Positions 50,601 through 62,252 of a DNA stretch of 64,000 nucleotides are shown here, in pieces (within the stretch, counting starts at the first letter, position 1; every line of letters starts with the position of its first letter). The notes under the pieces were generated by a model. It was not told where the DNA came from. It ran no database searches and saw only the letters and a program-made list of their open reading frames with translations. This DNA is from Bacillota bacterium (lineage in GTDB: Bacteria > Bacillota > Sulfobacillia > RBS10-35 > Bu92): positions 274-64,273 of the forward strand of contig JADBKN010000001.1 of assembly GCA_014896375.1 (NCBI GenBank), read 5' to 3'. The position numbers were made by a program, and so were the translations under genes.

Positions 50601-51080
50601 TCAGATGAACTCTTTCAGCTCCGGGGGCAGCTCGTCCGCCTCAGGCCCGGGCGATGGCGCGTCCGCGTTTCCGTTGCGGCTGCGGGCGCGGAGCCAGCGC
50701 GCGGCGAGCGCGCCGCCGAGGGCGAGGAAGGCGGCCGGCAGGAGCCAGACGGCGGCGAGCCAGCCGCGCGAAGGCGGGGCGGCGAGGATCCAGTCGCCGT
50801 ACTCGGCGCGGAAGTGGTCGAGGATGGCGGCGTCGCCGCGGCCCTCGTCCACGAGCCGCGCGATCTCCTGCCGCATCTCCAAGGAGACGGAGCTGTCCGA
50901 TTGCGCCACCGTCTGCCCGTCGCACACCGGGCAGCGCAGCTCGGCGGCCAGCCGCTCCACGCGGTCGGCCGGCGACGGCGGCGTCACGGCCGCAGCCGCG
51001 ACGAGCGCGATGAGCACGGCGAGCGCCGCGGCCGCCGCCAGCACGCCGGTCGAAGGTCGGCGCATCACGGCTGCAGCCAC
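50601..51080 (-). CDS. ccmH: Cytochrome c biogenesis protein CcmH
   Basis: Motifs LRCPVCDGQTVAQS, EMRQEI, YGDWILAAP and WLLP. Confidence 0.9.
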   Translation of the reverse strand: MAAAVMRRPSTGVLAAAAALAVLIALVAAAAVTPPSPADRVERLAAELRCPVCDGQTVAQSDSSVSLEMRQEIARLVDEGRGDAAILDHFRAEYGDWILAAPPSRGWLAAVWLLPAAFLALGGALAARWLRARSRNGNADAPSPGPEADELPPELKEFI

Positions 51081-51120
51081 CCCCGGCCACTACCAAACCA
51101 CACGGCTCCGGGAGGCGCAA

Positions 51121-51960
51121 CTACACGTCCCGCCGCGCGCGCCGGAGGACGGCGAGGAGGTCGGCGTGAAGGGCCGGGTTGGCGGCGACGATCGTCCGCT
51201 GGTCGAGGCGGAAGGGTTCCCCGGATGCAGTGGTCACGACGCCCCCGGCCTCCTCCACCATGAGCTGTCCGGCCGCCATGTCCCATGGGGAGAGGTGGAT
51301 GTCCCAGCAGCCGCTGAGCCGCCCGGCGGCCACGTAGGCCAGGTGCGTGGCCGCCGAGCCGAGCACGCGCACGTTGCGGCAGACGCGCACCACCTCCATG
51401 ATGGCCGCGCCGTTCGCCTCCCGTTCCTGCGGCGTGCTCGGCAGCGAGGCGCCGAGGAGCGCCTCCGGCAGGGGGCGCGCGTCCACCCGCAGCCGCCGCG
51501 CCGGCCCGCGGCCCCGGCGCAGGTGGCAACCGCCGCCGCGCACGGCCCAGAAGAGCTCGTCCGCGTTGGGGTCATAAAAGACGCCCAGCACCGGCCGCCC
51601 GCGCTCAAGGAGGGCGACCGCCGTGCCGAAGTGGGGGAGCGTGTGGACGAAATTGGCAGTGCCGTCGACCGGGTCGACGACCCACACGGCCTCCGCGCTG
51701 CGCCAGTCGCCGGCCGCCGTCCAGCCGCCCTCCTCGCCCAGGATGGGGATGCCGGTCGGCGCGAGGCGCCGGCGCAAGACCTCCTCCGCCGCCTCGTCGA
51801 GCGCCGTGACGAGATCCCGCGGGTTCGCCTTCGTGCGCACGTCCAGTTCGCCGTCGCCGGCCGCGGCCGCCGCCCGGCGCCGGGCCGCGGCCTCGCGCCC
51901 GGCGGCGCGCGCCGCGTCCACGGCCCGGGCGAGCAAGTCATCCATGGAAGCGGAAGTCAT
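51121..51960 (-). CDS. suhB: Inositol monophosphatase family protein (SuhB-like)
   Basis: Motifs DLVTALD, ILGEE, WVVDPVDGTANF, GSAA and PWDMAAG. Confidence 0.9.
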   Translation of the reverse strand: MTSASMDDLLARAVDAARAAGREAAARRRAAAAAGDGELDVRTKANPRDLVTALDEAAEEVLRRRLAPTGIPILGEEGGWTAAGDWRSAEAVWVVDPVDGTANFVHTLPHFGTAVALLERGRPVLGVFYDPNADELFWAVRGGGCHLRRGRGPARRLRVDARPLPEALLGASLPSTPQEREANGAAIMEVVRVCRNVRVLGSAATHLAYVAAGRLSGCWDIHLSPWDMAAGQLMVEEAGGVVTTASGEPFRLDQRTIVAANPALHADLLAVLRRARRDV

Positions 51961-52010
51961 CGCGCGTTCGCCCCTTCGAATCGTCGCGGCCGCCCCTGCC
52001 GGACGTACAA

Positions 52011-52019
52011 TGCTATAAT
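52011..52019 (+). promoter_or_regulatory. Extended -10 promoter (TGCTATAAT) for rel-dtd
   Basis: Perfect TGnTATAAT about 60 bp before the ATG, plus a GGAGGTGA RBS. Confidence 0.7.
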
Positions 52020-52080
52020 CAGCATTAAAATTTCATGCGGGAGAACCGCCGTCCACGGCGCGCAACGGAGGTGAGCGGCG

Positions 52081-54240
52081 ATGACGGTCGTCGAGCTCGA
52101 AGACCGGGTGGCGCGGTACCAGCGCAACGCCGACCGCGACCTGATCGACCGCGCTTACCATTTTAGCCGTCGCGCGCACGAGGGCCAAAAGCGCCGCTCC
52201 GGCGAGGCGTACATCGAGCACCCGCTCGCCGTGGCCGGCATCCTCGCGGAGCTGGAGTTGGACGACGTCACCATCGCAGCGGCGCTCCTGCACGACGTGG
52301 TCGAGGACACGACCGTCACCATTGAGGACGTGCGCCGCGAATTCGGCGAGGAAGTCGCGGAGCTCGTCGACGGCGTCACGAAGCTTGAGCGCCTCTCCTT
52401 CCGCTCCCACGCGGAGGAGCAGGCGGAGAACGTCCGCAAGATGTTCCTCGCCATGGCGCGGGACATCCGCGTCATCCTCATCAAGCTGGCGGACCGCCTC
52501 CACAACATGCGCACGCTCGCGGCCATGCCGCGGGACAAGCAGATGAAGACGGCCCAGCAGACGCTGGAGATCTACGCCCCCCTGGCCGCGCGCTTGGGGA
52601 TTTTTCGTATCAAGTGGGAGCTGGAAGACCTCGCGCTGCGCTACCTGAAGCCGGAGGTCTACCGGGACCTGGCGCGGCGCATCCCGCAGAAGCGGGCGGA
52701 GCGGGAAGCGTACGCGCAGGTGATCATCCAGGCGCTGCGGGAGAAGCTCGACGAGGCCGGCATCGAGGCGGAGATCGACGGCCGCGCCAAGCACTTCTAC
52801 AGCATTTACAACAAGATGCAGAAGGGGCGCGACCTCGCGGAGATCTACGACCTCGTCGCGGTGCGCGTCATCGTCAACGACATCCGCGACTGCTACGCCG
52901 TCCTCGGCATCGTGCACGCCATGTGGAAGCCGCTCCCCGGGCGCTTCAAGGACTACATCGCCACGCCCAAGCAGAACATGTACCAGAGCCTGCACACCAC
53001 GGTGATCGGCCCCCAGGGGGAGCCGTTCGAGATCCAGATCCGCACGTGGGAGATGCACCGCACGGCGGAGTACGGCATCGCGGCGCACTGGCGGTACAAG
53101 GACGGCAAGACCGATCCCGACTTCGACAAGAAGCTGGCCTGGCTGCGCGAGGTCCTCGAGTGGCAGCGGGAGACGAAGGACGCCACCGAGTTCATGGAAG
53201 GGCTGAAGATCGACCTCTTCTCCGACGAGGTCTTCGTCTTCACGCCGCGCGGGGACGTCATCGGCCTGCCGGCCGGCGCCGGCCCGCTGGACTTCGCCTA
53301 CCGCATCCACACGGAGATCGGCCACCGCTGCGTGGGGGCGCGCGTCAACGGCCGCATCGTCCCCTTGGACACGGTGCTGCAGAACGGCGACATCGTCGAG
53401 ATCATCACGCAGCCGAACGGCCAGCCGTCCCTGGACTGGCTGGGCATCGTGAAGACCTCGACGGCCAAAAACCGCATCCGCCAGTGGTTCAAGCGCGCGC
53501 GCCGGGAGGAGAACCTGGAGCGCGGCCGGGAGCTCGTGCAGAAGGAGCTGCGTCGCGTGGGCCTCAACCCGGCCCAGGTCTGGAAGGACGAGTGGCTGGA
53601 GGAGGCGCGCAAGAAGCTCAACGTGCAGTCGGTCGACGACATGCTCATCGCCGTGGGGTACGGCGGCATCGGCGCGGCGCAGGTGGCCGCGAGGATCAAG
53701 GAGTGCCATCGCCGCGAGGAGCTGGCGGCTGCGCCGCTGGAGGCCCTCCAGCCGCAGAAGAAGTCCGAGTGGGGCAAGCCCTCGGGCGGCGTGCGCGTGA
53801 AGGGCATCGACAACGTGCTCGTGCGCTTCCCGCGCTGCTGCAACCCCGTCCCCGGCGACAGCATCGTCGGCTACATCACGCAGGGAAGGGGCGTGTCGAT
53901 CCACCACGCCGCCTGCCCCAACGTCAACGAGCACCTGCGCCACCCGGACCGCCTCATCGAGGTCACGTGGGACGAGGTGGACGCCTCCTACTACCCTGTG
54001 GAGCTAGCCATCGTGGGCATCGACCGGCCGGGCCTGCTCTCGGACGTGGCGCAGGTCATCAGCGAGATCCGCGTCAACATCCTCTCCGCCTCCGCGCGCA
54101 GCAAGCACGACGGCACGGCCGTGATCGACGTCGTCCTCGCGGTGCGCGACCTCGACCAGCTCGACTACATCCGCCGGCGCCTCATGAAGATCCACGACGT
54201 CCACTCCGTAGAGCGCGCGGCCCACCGGGTGGCGCGCTGA
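52081..54240 (+). CDS. relA: Bifunctional (p)ppGpp synthetase/hydrolase Rel
   Basis: Intact HD motif (HDVVED), [31 protein letters not shown] domain, CCNPVPGD and ACT domain. Confidence 0.97.
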   Translation: MTVVELEDRVARYQRNADRDLIDRAYHFSRRAHEGQKRRSGEAYIEHPLAVAGILAELELDDVTIAAALLHDVVEDTTVTIEDVRREFGEEVAELVDGVTKLERLSFRSHAEEQAENVRKMFLAMARDIRVILIKLADRLHNMRTLAAMPRDKQMKTAQQTLEIYAPLAARLGIFRIKWELEDLALRYLKPEVYRDLARRIPQKRAEREAYAQVIIQALREKLDEAGIEAEIDGRAKHFYSIYNKMQKGRDLAEIYDLVAVRVIVNDIRDCYAVLGIVHAMWKPLPGRFKDYIATPKQNMYQSLHTTVIGPQGEPFEIQIRTWEMHRTAEYGIAAHWRYKDGKTDPDFDKKLAWLREVLEWQRETKDATEFMEGLKIDLFSDEVFVFTPRGDVIGLPAGAGPLDFAYRIHTEIGHRCVGARVNGRIVPLDTVLQNGDIVEIITQPNGQPSLDWLGIVKTSTAKNRIRQWFKRARREENLERGRELVQKELRRVGLNPAQVWKDEWLEEARKKLNVQSVDDMLIAVGYGGIGAAQVAARIKECHRREELAAAPLEALQPQKKSEWGKPSGGVRVKGIDNVLVRFPRCCNPVPGDSIVGYITQGRGVSIHHAACPNVNEHLRHPDRLIEVTWDEVDASYYPVELAIVGIDRPGLLSDVAQVISEIRVNILSASARSKHDGTAVIDVVLAVRDLDQLDYIRRRLMKIHDVHSVERAAHRVAR

Positions 54241-54689
54241 TGCGGGCCGTCGTGCAGCGCTGCTCCCGGGCGGAGCTGCGCGTGGGCGGGGAGCGGCGCG
54301 CGTCCCTGGGCCGCGGCTTCGTGGTGCTGGTGGGCGTCGCCGCGGAGGACACGGAAGATGATGCCGACTACATCGCCGAGAAGGTGGCGAACCTCCGTGT
54401 ATTCGAGGACGCGGAGGGGAAGATGAACCTGTCGCTGCTCGATGTGCAGGGCGCGGCGCTCGTCGTCTCGCAGTTCACGCTCCTCGGGGACGCGCGGCGG
54501 GGGAGGCGCCCCTCGTTCATCGCGGCGGCCGCTGGGGAGGCGGCGCGCGCGCTCTATGAGCGAGTGGCGGCAAGGCTCGGGGAGATGGGCGTCCCGGTGC
54601 AGACGGGCGTGTTCGGCGCGCACATGGAGGTCGAGCTCGTCAACGACGGCCCGGTGACGATCCTCCTCGACAGCCGCAAGACGTTCTGA
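54240..54689 (+). CDS. dtd: D-aminoacyl-tRNA deacylase
   Basis: Motifs MRAVVQR, VSQFTL, GRRPSF and NDGPVT. Confidence 0.96.
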   Translation: MRAVVQRCSRAELRVGGERRASLGRGFVVLVGVAAEDTEDDADYIAEKVANLRVFEDAEGKMNLSLLDVQGAALVVSQFTLLGDARRGRRPSFIAAAAGEAARALYERVAARLGEMGVPVQTGVFGAHMEVELVNDGPVTILLDSRKTF

Positions 54690-54738
54690 GCCCGGCCGCG
54701 CCAAGGCGGCGCCGCCGGAACGGGGATGGAGGGTCGGC

Positions 54739-55455
54739 ATGTACCCGTGGATCGTGCTGGTCGTCACCGTCGTGTTCTTTGTGCAGGTGGCGCGCCAGGC
54801 GAGGGCCTCGCGCTCTCGCCACTCGCTCTTCTGGGCCGTCTCCCTCGCCATGGCGTCGCTTGCCACGGCGGCGTACATTCTGGCCGCCGGCACCGGAGAC
54901 GCCTGGGCGTTTCGCGTCTACTACGCCCTCGGCGCCGTGGCCATGGCGGCCTACATGGGGCTCGGCAGCCTGCACCTCCACTGGCGGCGCCGTTCCTTGC
55001 GCGCCCCTGCGGCGGTGACGGGATGCGTGGTGGCGGCGTCCGTCGTGGGCGCCGGGCTCACCTTCGCCCTCCCGGTGGACGCGGCCCGGCTGGCGGCGCT
55101 GGAGGGCGGGCCCGGCACAGGCGTGATCTCCCATGAGGGATGGCTCGGTGCCGTTTGGCTCATCGACCTCATCCTGCTCAACACGTTCGGCGTGGCCGCG
55201 ATGGTGCTCGTGGCGCTCGCGTCCGTCTTCCGCGCGTACACCGCCGGCGCTCCCTCCGGCCTCGCCTGGGGGAACGGGCTCATCGCGGCGGGCGGCGTGC
55301 TTCTGGGCGCCGCCGGGACGGCGGCACGGCTCGGCTTCCCCGGCGCCTTCTGGCTCGTCATGTCGCTCGGTTGGATCGTCGTCTACGGTGGGTTCCGCCT
55401 CGTCGACGCCACCCTCGCGAAGGAGAGGAGCGGGGCGGGCGCGGCGGCCGGCTGA
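54739..55455 (+). CDS. Hypothetical multi-pass membrane protein
   Basis: About 7 hydrophobic segments; GGAGG RBS. Confidence 0.75.
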   Translation: MYPWIVLVVTVVFFVQVARQARASRSRHSLFWAVSLAMASLATAAYILAAGTGDAWAFRVYYALGAVAMAAYMGLGSLHLHWRRRSLRAPAAVTGCVVAASVVGAGLTFALPVDAARLAALEGGPGTGVISHEGWLGAVWLIDLILLNTFGVAAMVLVALASVFRAYTAGAPSGLAWGNGLIAAGGVLLGAAGTAARLGFPGAFWLVMSLGWIVVYGGFRLVDATLAKERSGAGAAAG

Positions 55456-55550
55456 ACAGGGCGGGTGCGGCGGCCGGCTGGCCGCCGCGCCGCGGCGCCG
55501 TCCGGTCGCCGTGCGGTCCGCCCCGTCCCGCGGCTGGGCCGCGGCCGCCG

Positions 55551-55757
55551 TCAGGAGTTCTTGTACTGCGGCTCCTCCTGCTGGATCTGCTGCAGGCGGG
55601 ACTCCATCCGCTGCACGATCTCCTTCATCTGCTGCGCAGCCTCCTGGTAGAGCTGCTTGGCCGCCTTGTTCTGCGTGTCCAGCGCGAACGTCTCCAGGTT
55701 CGCCTGGGCGGACTTCAAGCTGGCGATCGTCTGTTGAACCTTCGTTCCGACCGTCAT
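55551..55757 (-). CDS. DUF1657 small spore-associated protein
   Basis: MTVGTKVQQTIASLKSAQANLETFALDTQN...EEPQYK. GGAGGTGA RBS. Confidence 0.88.
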   Translation of the reverse strand: MTVGTKVQQTIASLKSAQANLETFALDTQNKAAKQLYQEAAQQMKEIVQRMESRLQQIQQEEPQYKNS

Positions 55758-55892
55758 GACCTCACCTCCCCGTGGACAGCATGGTCCGCGGCGCAAGCGC
55801 CGATGTGTCGCACAATCTGGCCGTCGTCCCGGACTTTGGCACTCATGCGGCCCTCCGGCCGGGGAACTGTAAAGGCCGGGAGTTGACCGGCG

Positions 55893-56843
55893 TTGACCTT
55901 CTGGGACCGCGTCTTCTTCGAGTCCCCATCTTTGCCGCTTCAGGGGTTCGTGATCCGCGCGGTCATCTCGTACCTTTGGCTTCTCATGATGGCGCGGCTC
56001 ATGGGGCAGCGCATGCTGGGCCGGCTCACGATGTTCGACCTCGTCGTGGCCATCGCCGTGGGCCAGATCGCGGCCTCTCCGAACACGACGCCGCAGTTCA
56101 GCCTCGTGGTGAACATGCTCGGCATCACCGTGTGGTCCCTCATGCACATCACGATCAGCCGCCTCACCACGCGCTTCCCCGCCTGGCGGCGCGTCTTCGC
56201 CGGGGAGCCGATCGTCGTCATGCGCGACGGCCGGGTGCTGGAGCGCAACATGGCGCGGGCCGCGCTCACCTTCGACGACCTCATGGAGGAGCTGCGCCAA
56301 CGGAACGTGCCGAAGCTGACGGATGTCGAGTTCGCCGTCTTCGAGCCGAGCGGCAAGATCAGCGTCGTGCAGAAGGCGGACCGCAAGCCGCTCACGCCCA
56401 AAGACCTCGGCCTGCCCGTGAGCCTCGAGGGCATGCCGATGATCGTCATCCTGCAGGGCCGCGTGCTGGACGACGCCCTGCGGGAGGCGGGGCGCACGCG
56501 CGAGTGGCTCGACGCCAAGCTCGCGGAGTACGGCGTGGGCGACATCCGCGATGTCGTCGTGGCTCAGGTGGACACGGAGGGCAACCTGTACCTGGACCTG
56601 CGCGAGGACACGGCGCCGCAGCCGCAGAGCACGGTGAAGCCGTCCACCCTCGCCACGTTGCGCAAGGCGGCCGCGGACCTGAAGACGTTCTCCCTTGAGA
56701 CGGATGACGATGCCGCCGCGGCGATGTACCGGGAGCTCGCGAACCAGCTCGACGCGATGGTCGAGCGCCTGGAGCCGCACCTCAGCCCGCCCGCGGAGCC
56801 GCCGGCCCGGGGCCCGGAAACGAGGGATGAGCATGGGCGTTAG
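55893..56843 (+). CDS. DUF421/YetF-family spore membrane protein with C-terminal DUF1657-like helix
   Basis: Motifs RLMGQRMLGRLTMFD, GEPIVVMRDG and VEFAVFEPSGKISV. The C-terminus reads ADLKTFSLETDD. Confidence 0.88.
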   Translation: MTFWDRVFFESPSLPLQGFVIRAVISYLWLLMMARLMGQRMLGRLTMFDLVVAIAVGQIAASPNTTPQFSLVVNMLGITVWSLMHITISRLTTRFPAWRRVFAGEPIVVMRDGRVLERNMARAALTFDDLMEELRQRNVPKLTDVEFAVFEPSGKISVVQKADRKPLTPKDLGLPVSLEGMPMIVILQGRVLDDALREAGRTREWLDAKLAEYGVGDIRDVVVAQVDTEGNLYLDLREDTAPQPQSTVKPSTLATLRKAAADLKTFSLETDDDAAAAMYRELANQLDAMVERLEPHLSPPAEPPARGPETRDEHGR

Positions 56844-57225
56844 GCGCCTGCGGCCACGGAGGACCGTCTTCCGCCTGCTCGCCGTCGTCCTGGTCGCGCT
56901 CATTCTCACGAGCGGCTGCCAGCTCGGGCCCGTCTTCCGCCACTACTCCGGCGACCGCACGACGGCCGTCATCCTCGCCGTGACGCACGCCGTGGAACGC
57001 GGGGATTGGGCCGGCGCGCACCGGCAGTACCGCGAGCTCTCCAAGATCTGGAGCACCCACGACCGGCGCGTTCTTCTCGAGGCGACGTTCCAGGGCCGGG
57101 ACATTTTCGAGAGCCTGCTGGAAGTGTTGGAGGAGGCCATTCTACAGAAGGACAAGCGCCAGGCGCTCTACACGCTGAGGGAGCTGAAGGCGGCGCGCCG
57201 GGACCTTGGCCCGGCGCTGCCGTAG
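56833..57225 (+). CDS. DUF4363-like lipoprotein
   Basis: Lipobox-like LTSGC and a helical GDWAGA...W pattern. Adjacent to the DUF421 gene. Confidence 0.65.
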   Translation: MGVRRLRPRRTVFRLLAVVLVALILTSGCQLGPVFRHYSGDRTTAVILAVTHAVERGDWAGAHRQYRELSKIWSTHDRRVLLEATFQGRDIFESLLEVLEEAILQKDKRQALYTLRELKAARRDLGPALP

Positions 57226-57379
57226 GGGCTCCACGGTGCCGGCTTCAGCAGCAGGGCGATGGGCCCCGTCGGGCGGGGCGAGGGACCTCGGCGCCGGGCG
57301 CCTCGCGGCCGGGGTATCGCCGGGCGGCCGTTCCATGGCGTCGCGCCTCGAGGCCGGGGTGGCGCCGGTCGCCGTTCCA

Positions 57380-57409
57380 TTGCGGCCGGGACGAGCGGCC
57401 GCGTATACT
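57380..57409 (+). promoter_or_regulatory. Putative sigmaA promoter of hisS-aspS
   Basis: TTGCGG-N18-TATACT about 60 bp before the hisS start. Confidence 0.55.
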
Positions 57410-57470
57410 AGTGGGCGAATTCGCCAGGCGCCGCGCCGGTCGGCGCTTTCTGGTTTTTGGGGGTGCCGCC

Positions 57471-58751
57471 TTGCTCACCTCGAGGCCGCGGGGCACGGCC
57501 GACATCGTCCCGCCGGACACCGCGCGCTGGCAGTGGCTGGAGTCCCTCGCGCGGGATGTCTGCCGCGTCTACGGCTACTTCGAGATCCGCACACCCACCT
57601 TCGAACACTCGGAGCTCTTCCACCGCGGCGTGGGCGACACCTCGGACATCGTGGAGAAGGAGACGTACACGTTCGAGGACCGCGGCAAGCGCAGCCTCAC
57701 GCTCCGCCCGGAGGGCACGGCCAGCGTGGTGCGCGCCTACCTGGAGAACGGCCTGCACAACCGTCCGCAGCCCGTGAAGCTCTACTACCTCTCCCTGCCC
57801 ATCTTCCGGTACGAGAAGCCTCAGGCCGGACGGCTGCGGGAGCATCACCAGTTCGGCGTGGAGGCCCTGGGCAGCGACGACCCGCACCTTGACGCGGAGG
57901 TCATCGCGCTGTCGCTGGACTTCGTCCGGCGGGCCGGCCTCACGCAGTTGGACCTGAGACTCAACAGCATCGGCTGCCCGGCCTGCCGGCCGCGTTACCG
58001 CGAGGTGCTGGTGGAGTACTACCGCGGCCATACCGGCGAGATGTGCGCGGACTGCCGCCGCCGGCTGGAGCGCAACCCGCTGCGTCTCCTGGACTGCAAG
58101 ACGGATCGCGCGCTGGCCGCCGCGGCGCCGCGCTCGCTGGACTTCCTCTGTGAGGCCTGCCGCGCGCACTTCGACGGCTTGAAAGCGGCGCTTGAGGAGC
58201 TGGGCATCGGCTACACCGTGGATCCCACCCTGGTGCGCGGCCTCGACTACTACACGCGCACCGTCTTCGAGTTCACGCACGGCGCCCTGGGCGCCCAGAA
58301 CGCGCTCTTCGGAGGCGGGCGCTACGACGGCCTGGCGGAGACCCTCGGCGGCCCACGCGTGCCCGGCGTGGGCTTCGGGCTGGGCATGGAGCGGCTGCTA
58401 GGCGCGCTCGCGGGGGAGGGGCGCCTCCCGGAGGCGGAGACGGGCGTGACGGCGTTCGTCATCGCCGCGGACGGAGCGCGCGCGCGCGCCCTGCCGCTCG
58501 TGCAGCGGCTGCGCGCGGCCGGCGTGGCCGCCGACATGGACTTCCTCGACCGCAGCTTCCGCGCGCAGTTCAAGGCGGCCGCGCGCTACCCGGCGCACTT
58601 CGCCGTCATCCTGGGCGAGGCGGAGCTGGCGGCGGGAGCGGCGGCCGTTAAGGACCTGGAGCGCGGAGTCCAGGAGACGGTGCCCCTCGACGATCTGGCG
58701 GAATACCTGCGCCGGCGCGCACCGCGGAGCGGTCCGCAGGCCGGCGCTTAG
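57471..58751 (+). CDS. hisS: Histidine--tRNA ligase
   Basis: Motifs PRGT, RTPTFE, LRPEGTA, FRYEKPQAGR, VRGLDYYTRT, GGRYDGL and GMERL. Confidence 0.97.
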   Translation: MLTSRPRGTADIVPPDTARWQWLESLARDVCRVYGYFEIRTPTFEHSELFHRGVGDTSDIVEKETYTFEDRGKRSLTLRPEGTASVVRAYLENGLHNRPQPVKLYYLSLPIFRYEKPQAGRLREHHQFGVEALGSDDPHLDAEVIALSLDFVRRAGLTQLDLRLNSIGCPACRPRYREVLVEYYRGHTGEMCADCRRRLERNPLRLLDCKTDRALAAAAPRSLDFLCEACRAHFDGLKAALEELGIGYTVDPTLVRGLDYYTRTVFEFTHGALGAQNALFGGGRYDGLAETLGGPRVPGVGFGLGMERLLGALAGEGRLPEAETGVTAFVIAADGARARALPLVQRLRAAGVAADMDFLDRSFRAQFKAAARYPAHFAVILGEAELAAGAAAVKDLERGVQETVPLDDLAEYLRRRAPRSGPQAGA

Positions 58752-58765
58752 GCGGAGGAACGCGG

Positions 58766-60580
<1,815 letters not shown>

Positions 60581-60693
60581 GGCGGCGCTGCCGGGAGCCG
60601 CCGCGGCGGCCGCGGCCGCGCCGCCATCCGCGGCTGCACGGCGCATGGCGGTGCCGTACAATGGAGCAAGATAGAGCGCGCCCCCCCGGAGCG

Positions 60694-60873
60694 CACCCTG
60701 CTGTGTGCGTGACGGAGCCGATGTTTGTTTTGAACCAACACCAAAACAAAGGGAGCCTGGACTCCGCCCGGAGCGGGCAGGCCGCGGAGCACGGCGGAAG
60801 CCTTCAACCGGCGGGAGGGCACCCACCTGCCAGGGGCAGGTTTGAAACCATCGGCGCACGGCACGGTGGGGTT
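60694..60873 (+). ncRNA. ssrS: 6S RNA
   Basis: Lies downstream of aspS, as in B. subtilis. It has a closing stem (CCCTGCTGTG...CACGGTGGGG) and 6S-like blocks TGAACCAACACC, GGGAGC and GAGGGCACCCACCTG...CAGGTTT. TACAAT at 60657 and a terminator downstream flank it. Confidence 0.85.
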
Positions 60874-60883
60874 GGATTCACGC

Positions 60884-60908
60884 GAACGCGCCCGCGAGGG
60901 CGCGTTTC
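60884..60908 (+). terminator. Intrinsic terminator after 6S RNA
   Basis: GAACGCGCCC-gcga-GGGCGCGTTTC. Confidence 0.7.
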
Positions 60909-60925
60909 GTGCTACAAAGGGAAGC

Positions 60926-62224
60926 ATGAGGCGTTACTGGGCCCTCTTCATCCCACTCTCGATCTCGGACATGATCATGATCTCGGCCGGGCCCATCCTG
61001 GCTGCCGGTCTGAGCCGCCTCGACCGCCCGGAGATCTCCCTTGCGGCCTATGGCGTGGCGGAGAGCGTCGCGATCCTCTTTGAGAGCCCGATCATCATGC
61101 TCCTGCACGCCACGACGGCCCTGGCGCGCAGCCGCGCCGCCTTCCGCTCGCTCTTCCGGCACATGCTGGTGCTCGATGCGCTCTTGACGGCGATGACGCT
61201 CGCCTTCGCCTTCATCGACCCGCTCTACCGCCTCTTGTTCCGCACCGCCCTCGGGCTTCCGGAAGAGGTGGCGGCGGCGGCCCGCCCCGCCTTCCAGGCG
61301 ATGGTGCTCTGGCCTGCGGCCATCGGCTGGCGGCGCGTCTTCCAGGGGGCGCTCATCCGGCAGCGGCGCACGGCGCCCGTGGCGTGGGCCAGCTTCGGCC
61401 GCCTCGCGGCGCTGGCCGCGGTGACGGCGGCGGGCGTGGCGCTGCGCGCCGACGGGGCGACGCTGGCCGGCGTGGCGCTGGGGCTCAGCGTCATCGTGGA
61501 GGCGGCGCTCGTCACGGCGTTCGCGCGGCCGGCCATCGCGGCGGAGTGGGAGGAGGAGCCCGGCCGGCCCATCCCCTGGCGCGAGTTCGCCTCCCTCTAC
61601 TGGCCCCTCGCCATGACCAGCATCCTCGTCTTTGTCGGCAAGCCCCTCCTGAGCTCCGGGCTCGCGCGCACGGCCGACGCGCCCCAGGCGCTGGCCCTCT
61701 GGCCCGTCGTCTGGACGAGCACGCTGCTCCTCGCGAACGGCACGCGCATGGTGCAGCAGATCAGCATCACGCAGGTCGAGGGGCCGCGGAGCCTTCGAGA
61801 GGTGGGGCGCTTCGCGTGGAGCGTGGCCGCCGCGTTCGGCGCGCTGCTTCTCATCGTCGCCTGGACGCCGCTCGCGGACGCGTACCTCGCCGGCGCCGTG
61901 GGCCTGCCGGCGGGCCTTTTGCCGCCGGCGGAGCGCGCGCTGCGCATCCTCTGCGCGCTGCCGCTCCTCGTGGCGGCGGAGAACTGGCTGCAGGCGCACC
62001 TCGTGCGCAGCGGGCTCAGCCGGCCGGTGAACACAGGCGCCCTCATCAACGTGGCCGCCACCATGGTGCCGCTCTTCGCTCTCGCACGTTCCTGGCGCGG
62101 GCCGGGGGCCGAGCTGGCGGCATGGTGCGTGCTGGCGGGCTACATGGCGGAGCTGGCGTGGCTCTTCGCGCGCACGCGGCCGGTGGTGCGGCGGCTCTGC
62201 GGCGCGGCGAGCGCAACGGCGTGA
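60926..62224 (+). CDS. MATE-like / ANKH-like 12-TM membrane protein
   Basis: Internal duplication (LFIPLSISD...GLSR and LYWPLAMTS...GLAR), FESP motif and many TM segments. Confidence 0.75.
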   Translation: MRRYWALFIPLSISDMIMISAGPILAAGLSRLDRPEISLAAYGVAESVAILFESPIIMLLHATTALARSRAAFRSLFRHMLVLDALLTAMTLAFAFIDPLYRLLFRTALGLPEEVAAAARPAFQAMVLWPAAIGWRRVFQGALIRQRRTAPVAWASFGRLAALAAVTAAGVALRADGATLAGVALGLSVIVEAALVTAFARPAIAAEWEEEPGRPIPWREFASLYWPLAMTSILVFVGKPLLSSGLARTADAPQALALWPVVWTSTLLLANGTRMVQQISITQVEGPRSLREVGRFAWSVAAAFGALLLIVAWTPLADAYLAGAVGLPAGLLPPAERALRILCALPLLVAAENWLQAHLVRSGLSRPVNTGALINVAATMVPLFALARSWRGPGAELAAWCVLAGYMAELAWLFARTRPVVRRLCGAASATA

Positions 62225-62252
62225 GGCGCGCGGAAAGGAGCAAGGCGACCCC

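Noticed and set aside
57350-57375. T-box antiterminator (GGGTGGCGCCG)
   Set aside because: It lacks the ACC consensus and a downstream terminator, and lies upstream of the likely promoter.
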